Of a stretch of DNA of 64,000 nt, positions 11,017 through 23,507 are shown one piece after another. The notes beneath the pieces were generated by a model. It had not been told where the DNA came from. It did no database searches and saw nothing but the letters and a program-made list of their open reading frames with translations. Both the position numbers and the translations under genes were made by a program. Each line of letters opens with the position of its first letter. Position 1 is the first letter of the stretch. The DNA is from Chlorokybus atmophyticus (taxonomy: Eukaryota > Plantae > Mesostigma and Chlorokybus algae): positions 754,203 to 818,202 of the forward strand of contig RHPI01000260.1 in NCBI GenBank assembly GCA_009103225.1, in the 5' to 3' direction.

Positions 11017-13185
11017 ATGGCGGCGGCGGCGGCGGCGGCGATGTCCCTGAGGCTGGCATCGTCCGTGCCGTCATCGTCCTCATGCTCCTCTCTTCGTCGC
11101 TGCGCATGGTCACATTCTAGGCCTCTGCGCCCTTCCAGCAGCAGATGGCGGCAGCAGCATGGCCACCAGCAGCAGCAGCAGCAGCAGCGGCGGCAGCAGC
11201 GGCGGGGAGTTAGGGTTTTGGCCAGCTTATGGAAAGATGACGACCATCTAGAAGGTCGGGGGATCATCATAGTCATCACTGTTGTTATTGTCAGTATAAA
11301 TACCAAGCGTGACCATTGTCGTCATCGACAATATCTGTAAACAGTCGCATGCTGCAGTGCTGTGAGCAATGCTAGATCGTCGTATGTATTCGCGTACACC
11401 GTTGCATATGTATTGCACTTATAATGGTAGTCAGTGTGCATGCTAGCCCAAGCTTGCACTTCTGACGTCATTCTGGCAGCATGCGTTTGTTTTGCAGGCT
11501 TTCAGAGCATAAGCACTTAGGCCTATTGTGCACTCATTGTGCAGCGGCAATCCTGCTATTTTGATAGTAATGCTTGTGCAAGGTTAGTCCTGACTCGTTC
11601 TGCATTTGCGGGTTGAACTTGTAAGCAGTCGCACATGATGCGTGCATGCAGCATTCATGCTAGGAGCGCAACTCTTGCTGTGCCATGAGCTTCAGCGTAA
11701 GCATACTCATCATGCACGTGCATGCAGGCGCGGATGACAAGTTCAAGAAGATTGACATGCAAAGCGATGCGCGGTTCGGCCCCGAGGCAAGTCCTGCTGC
11801 CTCTAATCATTACATTGTGACAAATTACAAGCATGCTTAGTGACTCCTAGTTGTGTTTGTTTGTGACAATTCAACCAGTCAAGCACTGCCTTTGTCAGCT
11901 TTATGCTTCTTGCAGGCTGTACTGCTGGTTGGGTTCTCTAAGGAGGATGCACGCAAGGTGGGTGGATGCTGCCTGAGAAGCATGCAAGCATCTACAGACT
12001 CAACGCACATATGCACATGCACATGCAAACAAAAGCACACGCGCAAACGCGTTTGCGCACGCACGCACGCGCACCCATGCATGCACGCTCACGCATGCGC
12101 CCGCCCGTGCCCGCGCGCGTACGCAAGCATGCATGTTTCACACACGTTTTGTTTGCGTTTATCGCCTTCTTTATGTGTTTACTCGACTGGGCATGCAGCT
12201 TGAAGCGGCGCTGAGTGACATGGATGCCGGCTTCCTCAAGGCAAGAAAGAAAGCAACCATGCTGATGCACACACTTGTAGCAGTACTGTCCATGCTCGGC
12301 ATGCGTGTCTTATCCCCACGAGTGTGCATGTGTGTGTGTACACACGTTGGGGAGTAGAAGTTTATCTGTGTTATCATTGTGGACTGGACATGCTTGAGTG
12401 CGGCAAGTGCGTATTGGGATTACCATCTGATACGCCTGTCGGCCTTGGTTTTATTGTCACGTTTTCCCATCATGTGCAATAAACAGGTGCTTGTGTGCAC
12501 ACGCACAATGCTCGACGGCACTCTTATGGAAGCATTGCTGTCCGCCCCGTCAGACACATCGGAGGTGCGTGCTGTATTGCACAGTATGTGTGGACTCAAA
12601 ATCACTGTTTGCAACCACGTCAAGCATACTTAGCTAGCATCAACCAGAGTGTGGGTTTTGTTTTGTCGGTAGCCGGCGCAAGGACTGCCCAAAATCCTCT
12701 TCATGTCCGGGCTTAGTGGCGTTGAAGTTATGGAGCTAGTAGCAAATTATCAAGAGGACGGTACGGCCCGTGTTTGTCATTGTCACTGCTACTATTACAA
12801 CAAAAGTTGCCGTGAGACCGCAGCAGCTGTTGTGAGTTGCTGACACCAGTGCTCTTTCATTGGCATCCCTTGCTAAAGTTGGTATATATCCTCCTCGATT
12901 CAGGGTATGGCCTGCCATCCACAATATTCGCTGCTGCGGTGCCAAAGAACGCTGACACCAACATGCGGGAATTAATGGAGGAGATTGTGGGCGATCATGA
13001 AAGCATGAAGGTAAGAACACGATGGTTGCAGCATTGATGTTTGATGGCCACACATGTCGTGCCATGACATGTACTTTCGGTCCTGATGCTGGCAAGCAAA
13101 TTTGTTATGCTATACACTTCAGATTTTGATATGCATGACATTTGGTATACAGGAGCGGAGGCGTGAGATAAATCAAGCGGCTTGA
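11017..13185 (+). CDS. DUF3783-family protein, probably chloroplast-targeted
   Basis: A Ser/Arg-rich transit-peptide-like N-terminus with (GCG)n and (CAG)n runs precedes AVLLVGFS, DMDAGFLKVLVCT, LPKILFMSGLSGVEVMEL and GLPSTIFAAAVPKNADTNMRELMEEIVGDHESMK. Confidence 0.8.
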
Positions 13186-14360
13186 AGTGCACATACAGGC
13201 TGCAGCTCTTGTGCTCAAGATGTGGTATGCATACCAAGAGCAGCGCAATTGGCACATCTTGTGAATACGTGTGTGGCATATGGTCACACGCGCCCTAGTG
13301 GACCATTGCTTGTACATTTGTGTAATGAGGCATGTTTCAAGTGGTCTATGGTGGTTGTTTACGCAAGCAACTTGTATACAGGTTGTGTATGCAGAGAGAC
13401 CGTTAAGGAGAGTCGTTAATGAGACAGCTTGGCTGCTGGAACCAAAGCTAGGGAACTCGGGAACACTATATGCATCGTGTGTGACCACACGAGCTTCTCA
13501 AGAGTAGGTGCCATCATGATACATCAGACTTGAATATATCAAGCTGCCCACCGCTAGTGCTGATATTACGAGCTGTGAGTTACTAAAGCATATGCATGGA
13601 CACCAACAAGCAACCGTTGATATAAATGGAGCAGTTGAATGCAATAATTACCCGACCACCATGACACCACCACAATTGACAATGCGCTGCAGGCAGTGTC
13701 AAGTTGTCAACTTTGCAAAGGGCCCAACCACTGTTATTTTTCCATGGCACATGGCACAGAGTTGCCATCGTGATGATTAGCACTTGCACGTGATAGCCTG
13801 CTCTGCTACTCGTGTACCAGCCTACCAAATCAGGTGATATGTTATGATGATGTTATGATGGTATGGTACTATATTGTATCATCCACAGCTTACAAGCCAG
13901 TCACATGCCACACTATCAATGCGTGTGCCATGTACGTCTGGCACAGCACCGGCTGGATGCCCAAACCAGAAAAACAGGCTAAGCAAGATGACATTAGCAC
14001 CAATTGCAATATGCGACAGGCGTAGGGAAATGGAGGCATCTGCAACTTGCACGACTTGCCAGACTGACATCAGCGCTTGTCTGATGTACACTTTGCCAGC
14101 GTGGCGACAAGCATGCAAGAACATTGTCCGATTGCTGCTGAAGGTTCATCAAGCGTGACCAGATCACTAGGTACTAAGGCGTTTACAATGTCTTGTTGAT
14201 GCGCTGCCCCAACCATTATGGATGTACAACAGGTGCAGCAAACACGGCAAGTGTAAGGTAGAAGACTAGGAATGGAATACACAAAGAAGGTGAAAACCGT
14301 GTCACAATCGCAGAGGGGTATCAACGGGCTGACTGACGGACCTGATGTACCATGCCAGCG

Positions 14361-15821
14361 TTAAAGGCTCTCCGAAAACCGCATCTCCTGCACAGACGCA
14401 GCATTTGGAGTGTCATCATGCGTTAACACACAAGATGTCCGCCTGCAACATGCGTTGTGTATGAGACAACTGACTTGAAGTGCGTACCTTACTGCAGACA
14501 GGGCACTGTTGAGAACGCTCCATCCATTCGTAAATGCACCCCAAGTGGTAGTGATGGCCGCACTCAGTTTCAATGCGCGGGTTCTCTGTTGTGTAGCCTA
14601 TCGCACACAAAACAGGTAACAGAAGTCAATACACCAGCTGACATGACCACAAAACCACAGCACAGTACCTTCCAAGCAGGTTGGACAACAGTCCTCATCT
14701 TGCAACGAGATGGCTGAGAAGTTGCGCTGCATACCCTTCTCACTCTGCCAGTAACGCAGCAACATGAGTTACTGCCGTTTGATTGGATAGGCAAAGCTAA
14801 CTGCACAGCCACACAACCCATGCGCAGAGCACACACCTTGCAGGCATTCGAGCCGTCTTCCTCAGCAATGTTCTCGCCTTTCACAGCCTGGTTGTCGGAC
14901 TCTGTGCGGCGATGCCGTGAGCCTGCAGCCCCATTGCGCGTGTAATTGGGGGCGGGCTCGGACTCGCAGCGTTGGTGTTGCAACGACTTCTTGCTTCTGC
15001 AGACCCAAGCACAACATTCAACAAGTACTCATGTGCAACACAAAACGTGTGCAGACAGTTGATGACACATACATAAGAAAGGTTTGTTGCAAGGCAAGAC
15101 TCTTCGTGCTGTTAACATGGTAAGTTTGCTATGTGTTGGGGCTAATATAGCCAACACATGTAGCCAGCAACCATGCATTCCACCATACTATAGGCCACGC
15201 CTGGGCTGTGAAGTGAACAGACTGCAGGCAGCAAGGGATGATTGCCTTGAAATCAATACCTGCTGTGAGTTGGTGAGTCTTCAGTTGCCTCACGAGGCCA
15301 AACGCGACTTTCAAACGGCGGTGGTGGCGGCGTGTTGCGAAAGCGATCTACATGTACATCTGAGCTTGCTGCGTGCGGGGGTAGCAACGATGCCGTGGGC
15401 GCGAGCTCTCCACTTCCCCGGCTAGACCGAGTGAACAACTGTGAAAAGATAACCACATCAACTGATGTGTGAGTGTGCATGTATGCAATTGGAAGAAACA
15501 TCAAGGATGTTGGTGCCAGACAGTGTTGAAACACTTGCTGCAATCTCAAGCCAGTGGGGCAACATCTGGTACACGTTGCATGTAGAACTGCATGACCTCC
15601 TTACAGAAGCGATAATAACAGCTACGACAGAAAAAACTCATATCACATCACACTCCAAGGTAGTTACATAAGTGCGATTGCTTGACCATACGTACCCGAG
15701 CAAGGCCGCGTGCTACGAGAAGGCCGAGATCGCCGTCATCTTGTGTGTGAGCTCCGTATGGTTCATAGCTTGGCGAGTGGCGCCGTCGACCGCCGCAGCA
15801 ATACGAGAATACTGCGCCCAT
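14361..15821 (-). CDS. RING-H2 E3 ubiquitin ligase (plant RHB1A/At3g02290-like)
   Basis: Starts MGAVFSYCCG. Internal RNTPPPPPFE. C-terminal DEDCCPTCLEGYTTENPRIETECGHHYHLGCIYEWMERSQQCPVCSKEMRFSESL*. Confidence 0.9.
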
Positions 15822-16350
15822 GGGGGGCGCAGGTAGGTTGCACTAGCAAGGAAGCAGCAGGCCGCCTCCCCAACCAATCAACAGATGATTTACGTCCTCA
15901 CAACTCGAGATCTCGACAGCCAGCTTCAACTGGTAACCTGCAATCAGACAATTATGTCTCATTATGGGTAACTCACGGAGCCACCCTTGAGACCAAGATT
16001 CCGTTATGCAGACTTCATCGATGCTACAGCTTGAGGAGTATGGCTAATTGCAGGAAGTGTACGTCTGTGAAGAGCTCAAGCAGTAACTATCTTAGTACAC
16101 CTACAAGTCACAACTCAGCTGCACAAACACGAGAGAAACAAAATCAAAAGCCGAACCTCAGAAGCAGCAGCTGGGTGGACACGGTGGAGGCCCATGAGGG
16201 CGAAAGCTACCTCGTAAAATTCAGAAAACCCACAGCGCACTTCAACTTTGCACCAGCTCTCCTCCAACTATCCAGCAATCCGCCCACGCCCTTCGTCGCC
16301 CTTGCCCACGCCCTTGCCCACGCCGATGCCTTACCAAGCGGCGGCAATTG

Positions 16351-16708
16351 ATTAGGGTTTGTCACTGCCACGTTGCCAAGAACCTCGGTCAGGCACACTC
16401 CAGGTAAACTCTATCCTGGACCACTGCAACGCGAGTGTTAACCAAGCGTTCTTAGGCAACCGACCGCAAACGTCGCAGGAAACTCAGGTACATCGGCCTG
16501 CAATTGCAACCACGGTCGATGTTGTTTGGCTAATGTGACTGGAGAGTTTAACCGCGGCACGCGATGCGGGAAATCGCGTCGCCGGTCAGCACTTATGCTG
16601 ATATCAAAGTCTCTGCTTCTGGTAGCAAACTCACCGGCTGTCTATAGCGATACAGCAAATATTCTTACACAAAGTCAGGGTGCGTTATAGCGATAGCGCA
16701 TTAGGGTT
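16351..16708. promoter_or_regulatory. Putative bidirectional promoter RING-H2/NOP9 with telo-boxes
   Basis: ATTAGGGTTT at 16351-16360, ATTAGGGTT at 16700-16708 and G-box-like TGCCACGTTG at 16366-16375. Telo-boxes are typical of plant ribosome-biogenesis genes. Confidence 0.5.
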
Positions 16709-16750
16709 GGCGGCGGCAGTCACCTGGGTGTTGGCGGCGGTGTGGGCGTC

Positions 16751-19700
16751 ATGGCGCGGGGAGGCAAGCGGCACAAGAAGGAGAAGGAGGAGAAGGAGGA
16801 GCATGAGCACGAGGAGGACGGGAATGCTGCTGAGGAGGACGCGGCGGAGGTGCCGGTGGCCGCGGCTGGACCCAGCGGACGGGATGCCACGGGTGCTCTT
16901 GCGCCGCCTGCTTGGGCTCGTATTGAACCAGAGACCAAAGAGTACTATAGGAGTCTGGATGCTCTGATAGGGCCTGGCGGCTCTGTTGAAGATGATGAAG
17001 GCAAGCAACGTGTACAAGTACCCAATGATGCAGCACTGTATGTGCTATGAGCATGTTGCTGCACAAACCACTGACATGGCATTGTAGTTGCTTGTTTTGC
17101 AAGCAAGCATGCAGTTTCATTGCATGCAAAGACGTTGATGAAGCAGTGCCTACAGCGCAATCAGCATGTCCTCTCAATGTGTGCTTGATTTGCGCGTTAC
17201 CAAATCGACTGACGCGTTTCCTTCCCAGAGCGCGCTGTATTGTGCAGCAATGCATTGCAGGAAGCTGCTGGCAAAGAGGTACGCTTCCATTAAGTTGTGC
17301 TACCATGCGCACATTGAATGTCTGCAGTTTTTTTTGCTGTCCAGCGTGAGACGTACGATATTGCTTCAGACCCAAGCATGCCATGTAGTTAGAGTGGATG
17401 GGTCTATTCGTTGTCGAGTCATGCTTAGCTGCCAGTCATCGTGACGTTGCAGGTGCAGTTGGCATCCGATCCAGATTGCTCACGCATCATGGAGAACTTG
17501 GTCAAGTATGCGGACGTTCAAACTTTGCAGTCATTTGCCAGCGCCTGCTCCACCCAGTGGCCAGCGTTGTCCAGCAGGTATGCAGCGCTAGCAAGAGAGA
17601 ACAGCTGATCTGCACATGGGTAACTTGCAGATTTTGAGGCTTCAGTAGCGTGCAGGGTCATGTAGTGTATGCTGCTCAGCTAGTCGTGAAGGTGGCGTGG
17701 TTGGCCAACCTGATTGTCAAGTTGAGGCTGTTCTAGCTTGTTCAGTGGCAGCATGTGTATCGTTGTTTCTGCAGCCCATGCGGATCGCGCGTTGCGGAGG
17801 CTTTGTTGCGGTCGCTGGCCGCGTTGAAGCTGACTTCTGAAGAGTTGAAGGAGGTGTTGGAGCCACTCTTCCAGGTGGCCGATTGGTGCTGGAGTGCATT
17901 TATCACTGGTTGTGATCAGCAAGCATAACCTGTGTTTCTTGCGTGCAGGCGGTGGTGGAGCATGGTACAGAGTATGCATCAGACCGTTTTGCTTCACATG
18001 TTCTTCGCACCTTGCTCGCGGTGCTCTCTGGGCAGGTGCGTTGTTGTCAAGGTGTGCAAGCAGTGCACACAAGTGGTCATTCGTACTTGCCACTTGCATG
18101 CTTGCTGATAGTGCATGTGTCAGGATGCAGGTAGTGCAGCGCACCAGGGCAGCAAGAGCATGCGAGGTGGCCTGGCTGCCAAATTGCAGCCGCGGCGGCA
18201 ACAACCCCAGAGCACCAATGGAGGTTACCCGGGTCTGCTAGCTCCGCTTGTCAAAAGCTTTCTGGACAGTGCAGGTGACAGCATACAAGACCTGTGTTAT
18301 GACACATATGGCAGCCCTGTCCTGCAGGTCAGCTCCATGTTTGATAAATCACAACCAACACGACTGTACACTCGGCCGCTTCTCGCGACCGTTACTGTGT
18401 CTGTAGTGTCAATTAATCATCGCTACATCAAATGCAGACATTTCTGGAAGCCGCAAGTACAATGAAGGCGACCACTGCAGCTATCATATCTCGCATTTTT
18501 GACAGTCGCTTGGCACCTGGCATGGAGAAATTCGAGGCAGTGGATGCAGCACGCGCCGTTGAGCTCATGGAGAACCAGCTTAGCAGCCATCTTGTGGAGG
18601 TAGACATTGGTTACAATCCGCTTGCAATGCTTGCGCTGTCCCTGTCCATGTTCCTGCTCTTACCAGTTGCTATCCAGGTGGTATTTCGTGTAACCCCTGA
18701 TGAACTGTACGGGCAACTAGTAACAGAAGTCTGCAAAGGCCGTCTGCATACTCTCGCATTGCATCCGACAGCAAATTTCGTTGTTCAGAGCATCATCTCC
18801 TCAGCGCGCACAGCACGGCAAGTGAGTTGCATTGATGCGCTTGTGCTGTGTTAAAGTCCGTGCAGTGTCTTACGGAAATGCAAATGCAGGTACGCTTGAT
18901 GGTTACAGATCTTCAATCCCACGTCCCGAAGCTACTGTCCGGTCGGCGTGGTGGTGTGGTTGCTGCACTGCTGAGCGCATGTGGAAGGCTCGGTGTCTGT
19001 CAGGCTGAGGTACGGGCATGTCACGACAGGTTGTCAGGTCACGATGCTTGCTCGCACGCACGCATGCACACATCACATCCAACCACCAGGTGAGTAACAT
19101 GTTGCATTCTGATGTGTGCGCGATGTATATGCATTCAATGCGATAAGGGTGCTTATGAACGTCGTCTTGTCAGTATCTTGCTCATCGCTCCCCGCCTGCT
19201 AACTTCATTGCACTTTGCAGCTCACGCAGGCGGTCGCACAGTTTATGACTGCAAGTGGTCACACAGATACTTTGCTACCACGGATGGTGACCATGCAGGT
19301 GAGAGGTCATTGTGTTCGCAACGTGCTAATCGCAGTTCACGCTTGCACATTGTGCAATACTACTAGTGCATCATCCATCTGTGCTGAAGGCGACGTTCAA
19401 TGGTGAGTGACAGGGCATCCGGCCAGTGAGTAACTTTGTCAATGAAACGCAGGTGCATGAGGACGGGGAATCTGGAAAACTCGACCTCTCGTCTAGAAGG
19501 GCGTCCCCACTCGGCTGTGCCATGCTGCAAACCATACTTGGCTTCCCCACAGTAAGTTTGAAACTGTAATTGGTATCAGCAATCTCAAGTGACTACTCTG
19601 GTTGCCATGGCTTTTGTCAATGGCGCCCTCAGTCGCAGCTCTTGACAGTCTCACATGTGCATGCTGCACCTTACGAAAGGATGCACAATCGTATGCTGCA

Positions 19701-21320
19701 GAGTGTGTTTGGCAGTGATGCCAGCATGGGTGCGGCCAAGGTTTTGTAGTGTGGGCTGTTAATTGATACAATGGTTGTATTCTGTTCTAGACATGCTCGA
19801 AGCCCTTTCTGGATGCGTTTTCCGCACTTGAACCCACCCAGGCCTTGATGATGGCACGTGATCCAATCGCCAGTCATGTAGTTGAAGCCTTTCTGCAGGT
19901 AAGAGGGCTTGCGCTAGCTTTCATGTACAAAGAAAGCACAACCCGTTTGTGCACACCGCATGCATCGAGTGTGTCGTCACTGTGCATGCCACTGCAGGGT
20001 CCTGCAGGAGAGAAGCTTAAGAAAAAGTTCATCAGGAAGTTGATAGGCCACTTTGCTGACCTTGGCACTGAAGCTGCTGGCTCACACTGCGTCGAAAAGT
20101 GTTTTGCTTGGGGCGACTTGAAGCTGAAAGAAGCAATTACTGCTGAACTTGTCGCCGGTAGGCAGCTTCATGTGCTCCTCAGCATGCAATGGGACTGTGC
20201 ACCACTTGTACAGCCTTCACTTTATATGGTTCATATGCAGGCCATACAAAACTTGTCAACAGCAAATACGGCCCATTTTTGCTGTCCAAGTGCGGTGTCG
20301 ATCGCTATGCGCATCATCCAGATGAATGGCGTGCGCGCCAAGCAGGCAAAGACAAAGCCCAGAAGGCTTTTGCAGAGCTACTGAACACCAACAAAGCAGA
20401 CAACTACCCTCTAGCAGTCAACGCAAAGAAGCATCCACGCCATGACAACGGCACAGATGATCACACTGAAGACCCTTATCAAAGCAACGAAGTTGGTGAG
20501 GTAACCACTCCAACCACATCCAAATTGAAGAGGGAACCGCAGCCAAAACAGGAGGCCAATGGAGCAGCACAGGAGTCAGCGGATAGGAGTGCTTTGCAGC
20601 CATCAGGCAAAGCAGCAAGCAAGCCTATCCAGAAAGATAGAAACAAAAGCAAGAAGCGAAAGCAGGTTGCAGCCACGTTGGAAGCAATGGCTGACCCGCT
20701 TGTGGACGCTGCGATGTCGCAGCTGGGCTTCACTCTTGCAAAGCATACTGGCAAGAAGAAAGAGACCCACTCGCTTGTGTCTGAACATGAAGACATTGAG
20801 GTCGTCGCTGTGCACCCTCCCATGGAGGTTGGCGACGACGAAATTGATGCGCTTTTTGGTGGTGGCAAGTCTTTGAAGGGCGCTGATAAAAATGCCAAAA
20901 AGCAGGTCGGCTCCCTAATACATGCTATCACTACATTAACATCTGTTCCAGGGTATTGCGTCGTAGTCGTTTAGGTTATGTGTGACCAATGGACAGGTGT
21001 CAAGGACAGGAAAGGACACTGCAGCAGAAATGCTCTTGGTTGACGGAGAGTCATCTCGCAAAGCCAAACGCAAGGCTGATGATGAGGACGAACAGGTCAG
21101 CAGGCGTGCAGCTCTTATTACTGTAATGTATCACAGTGCAAAGTTTACGAGGAACACTAGTCGCTTGTGTGTGCTGTGTTGTAAGCTTGGCACACGTTGC
21201 ACGCAAACTGACTTGCAACCTGAATGGACCTTACAGGTCGCCCGCAAGTCGAAGCTGGACAAAAACAATGTAACACCTAGCACTGCTGGCAGTAAGTCTA
21301 AAACAAGGACCAAGACGTAA
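16751..21320 (+). CDS. NOP9: Nucleolar protein 9 / Pumilio 23 (PUF repeats)
   Basis: Exons read ERAVLCSNALQEAAGKEVQLASDPDCSRIMENL, PCGSRVAEALL, FASHVLRTLL, YGSPVLQ, LALHPTANFVVQSII, RRGGVVAALL, ASHVVEAFL and AGSHCVEKCF, followed by a Lys-rich C-terminal tail. Confidence 0.92.
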
Positions 21321-22251
21321 TGTTGACTGCGTCTTGTCGTGCGCCGTCCCTCGTCGTTTTGCATGGCTGGGACTCGGTATCCTTTGAGCTGTTTCGGTAG
21401 TAGTGCACAGCACTGCCCAACTTTCAACATAATCAAGCGCATCCTGATGTGTGACGTTAGGGACTGCTGCATATGCCATGTGCATGCGCACATACAGTAG
21501 TGTGTCATGACCTGATATAGATGCTGGCACGCAGGCAGCTTACATCAAGTTGTTGCAAATGCCAGTGGTTCGGCTTGCCAGCTGTGTGCATCTGCTGCCT
21601 CACCAAACATAAGTTGTTGTGCCTGGCCTGCGCACCAGCGGGTGCGCGGGGAGGATGGGAAAGGAGTTTCAGCCAACTTGCACATACAACTCATAGCTTA
21701 TGCAACCTTCATGCAGATGTGTAGCCTTGTGTTTAAAGGTCAAGCGCATGTGAAGCATTGCGCGGGACCTCAGAGAGGCCGATGTTGGTACACCACGTGC
21801 CTCCACCATTGGCATAGGGTTTTGCATTTAACTGATAAGCTTGCATGCATGGGCAACGTGGGCGGGGCTGTTGGGCATCGCACTATGGTCGTCGTCCTTG
21901 TCGCCGTTGCCTCTGTGCTGCTTGCTCACCTCTCCTCTTCTGCTCTGCTGCGCTGCTTATGAATACTTGGGCGACCTCCAGCCAAGTGTATATGATATAT
22001 GACGTGCTGTTGTCCACACGCATGAGCATGTAACATGCACACCACCAAAGCATTACCATATGCACTTCACCGTTACCACTGGGGCTTAACATCCACATTA
22101 CGCTACATCTACATCTAGCCCTCCTCGGTAGACATGCATGAACATGCACACATTGTCATTGCCTGCCCAGACGGGCTGCTGTCTTGCTTGCCCCAACTAG
22201 CATTGCATGTAGACCCTAGCCTCGTAATATGGTTAAGGTAGGTGGGTGGGG

Positions 22252-22367
22252 NNNNNNNNNNNNNNNNNNNNNNNNNNNNNNNNNNNNNNNNNNNNNNNNN
22301 NNNNNNNNNNNNNNNNNNNNNNNNNNNNNNNNNNNNNNNNNNNNNNNNNNNNNNNNNNNNNNNNNNN
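22252..22367. other. Assembly gap (N run)
   Basis: 116 N bases. Confidence 0.99.
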
Positions 22368-23507
22368 GGTACAAAGCCGTATTGTTGATGCTGCCTCCCC
22401 CAGCTCTGCTTGCTATGCATCTTGCTCAGTCTCATCGCTATATTTTATCAATGGCTTGTGCTATTTCCCGAAGGAAGGAATTGCGGTATGTAAGAGCGCT
22501 AGTAGGTCGTCTCCCCACGCATTCGTGGTGAACGTTTTTTTAGTGATGGCATGCTCATATGTATAATTCAGTGATGGTGCACCATAATGTATATTGATAT
22601 GCACATCATGTCGTGTACACACAACTCATGCGCAAACACGCAAACACAGGTGTGCAAAACACCATTTGCGTGTGTTTGCTGTTGAATAGCATGCCGTCAT
22701 TGCTGCATCGCATATATTAATGCGATGCTTACACTTCAGATGATCAGGTAACGAACACTCACAGCATAGCAACAAACACACCAACTCCCACCCATCTATT
22801 ACGCTTACCATAACTAGGTCGAAGGGGCTGGGTAAGGGGGGCTAGCTATGTGCAATGCAAGACGCAGCAACATATACATGGGAGTGGGCGAGTCGCAAGA
22901 ATTGCAGCCTGTGTCTAAAACCTGCAGCAACAGCGAAGGGTCTATGCCCATACCCCCGGTAGGGCATATGTCTTCGTAATAAGCGCCTGCCAACGACAAC
23001 AGGCCACTTTGCATATTTCAAGCTAGTGCACTTAACCCAGCGTAATGGGCCCCCCGCTCAGCTCGCTAACTTGCTTGTTTCACATGTGTTCTATGCTTGC
23101 TTATTGCTTGCCATGTTACGGTACCTACGCATGTGTGTGCATGGTGTGAGCCACTGGTAGACGGCTTGGTCACTGCAGTAGAGAGTGGCCTGCCCTCTGA
23201 GTGCCTAGCCCTCTGTGACTGACTATAGCGACGGCGCCGGGGCTATTGTAGATGTATAAGTCATTGTTGTGTGCATGGTGCGAGCCACTGGTGTGCGTTT
23301 GCTACACCATGTGCCATTATAATGCCTCTTGACCCTATTGTGCTACAGCCATCCGTTGTAACGCTATGCACATCAACCACCCCCTACAGCAGCCACATCT
23401 TTACTTTGAGAATAGCCTGCTACTGTATCTGGAGTTGAAGGGCTTGCCCAGAACAAGTTGCCCTGCGAGTGCGAAATGCACTGCGACCTGTGCACCGCCG
23501 CATTGGC

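Noticed and set aside
13960-14230. Possible degenerate CXC/tesmin-like Cys cluster on the minus strand (QCSC...KCTSDKR*CQSGKSC)
   Set aside because: It is too short, interrupted by a stop, and lies in the RING gene 3' region. It cannot be told apart from chance.
15710-16351. 213-aa plus-strand ORF
   Set aside because: It is antisense to the RING-H2 first exon and leader, has a non-ATG start and shows no recognisable motifs.
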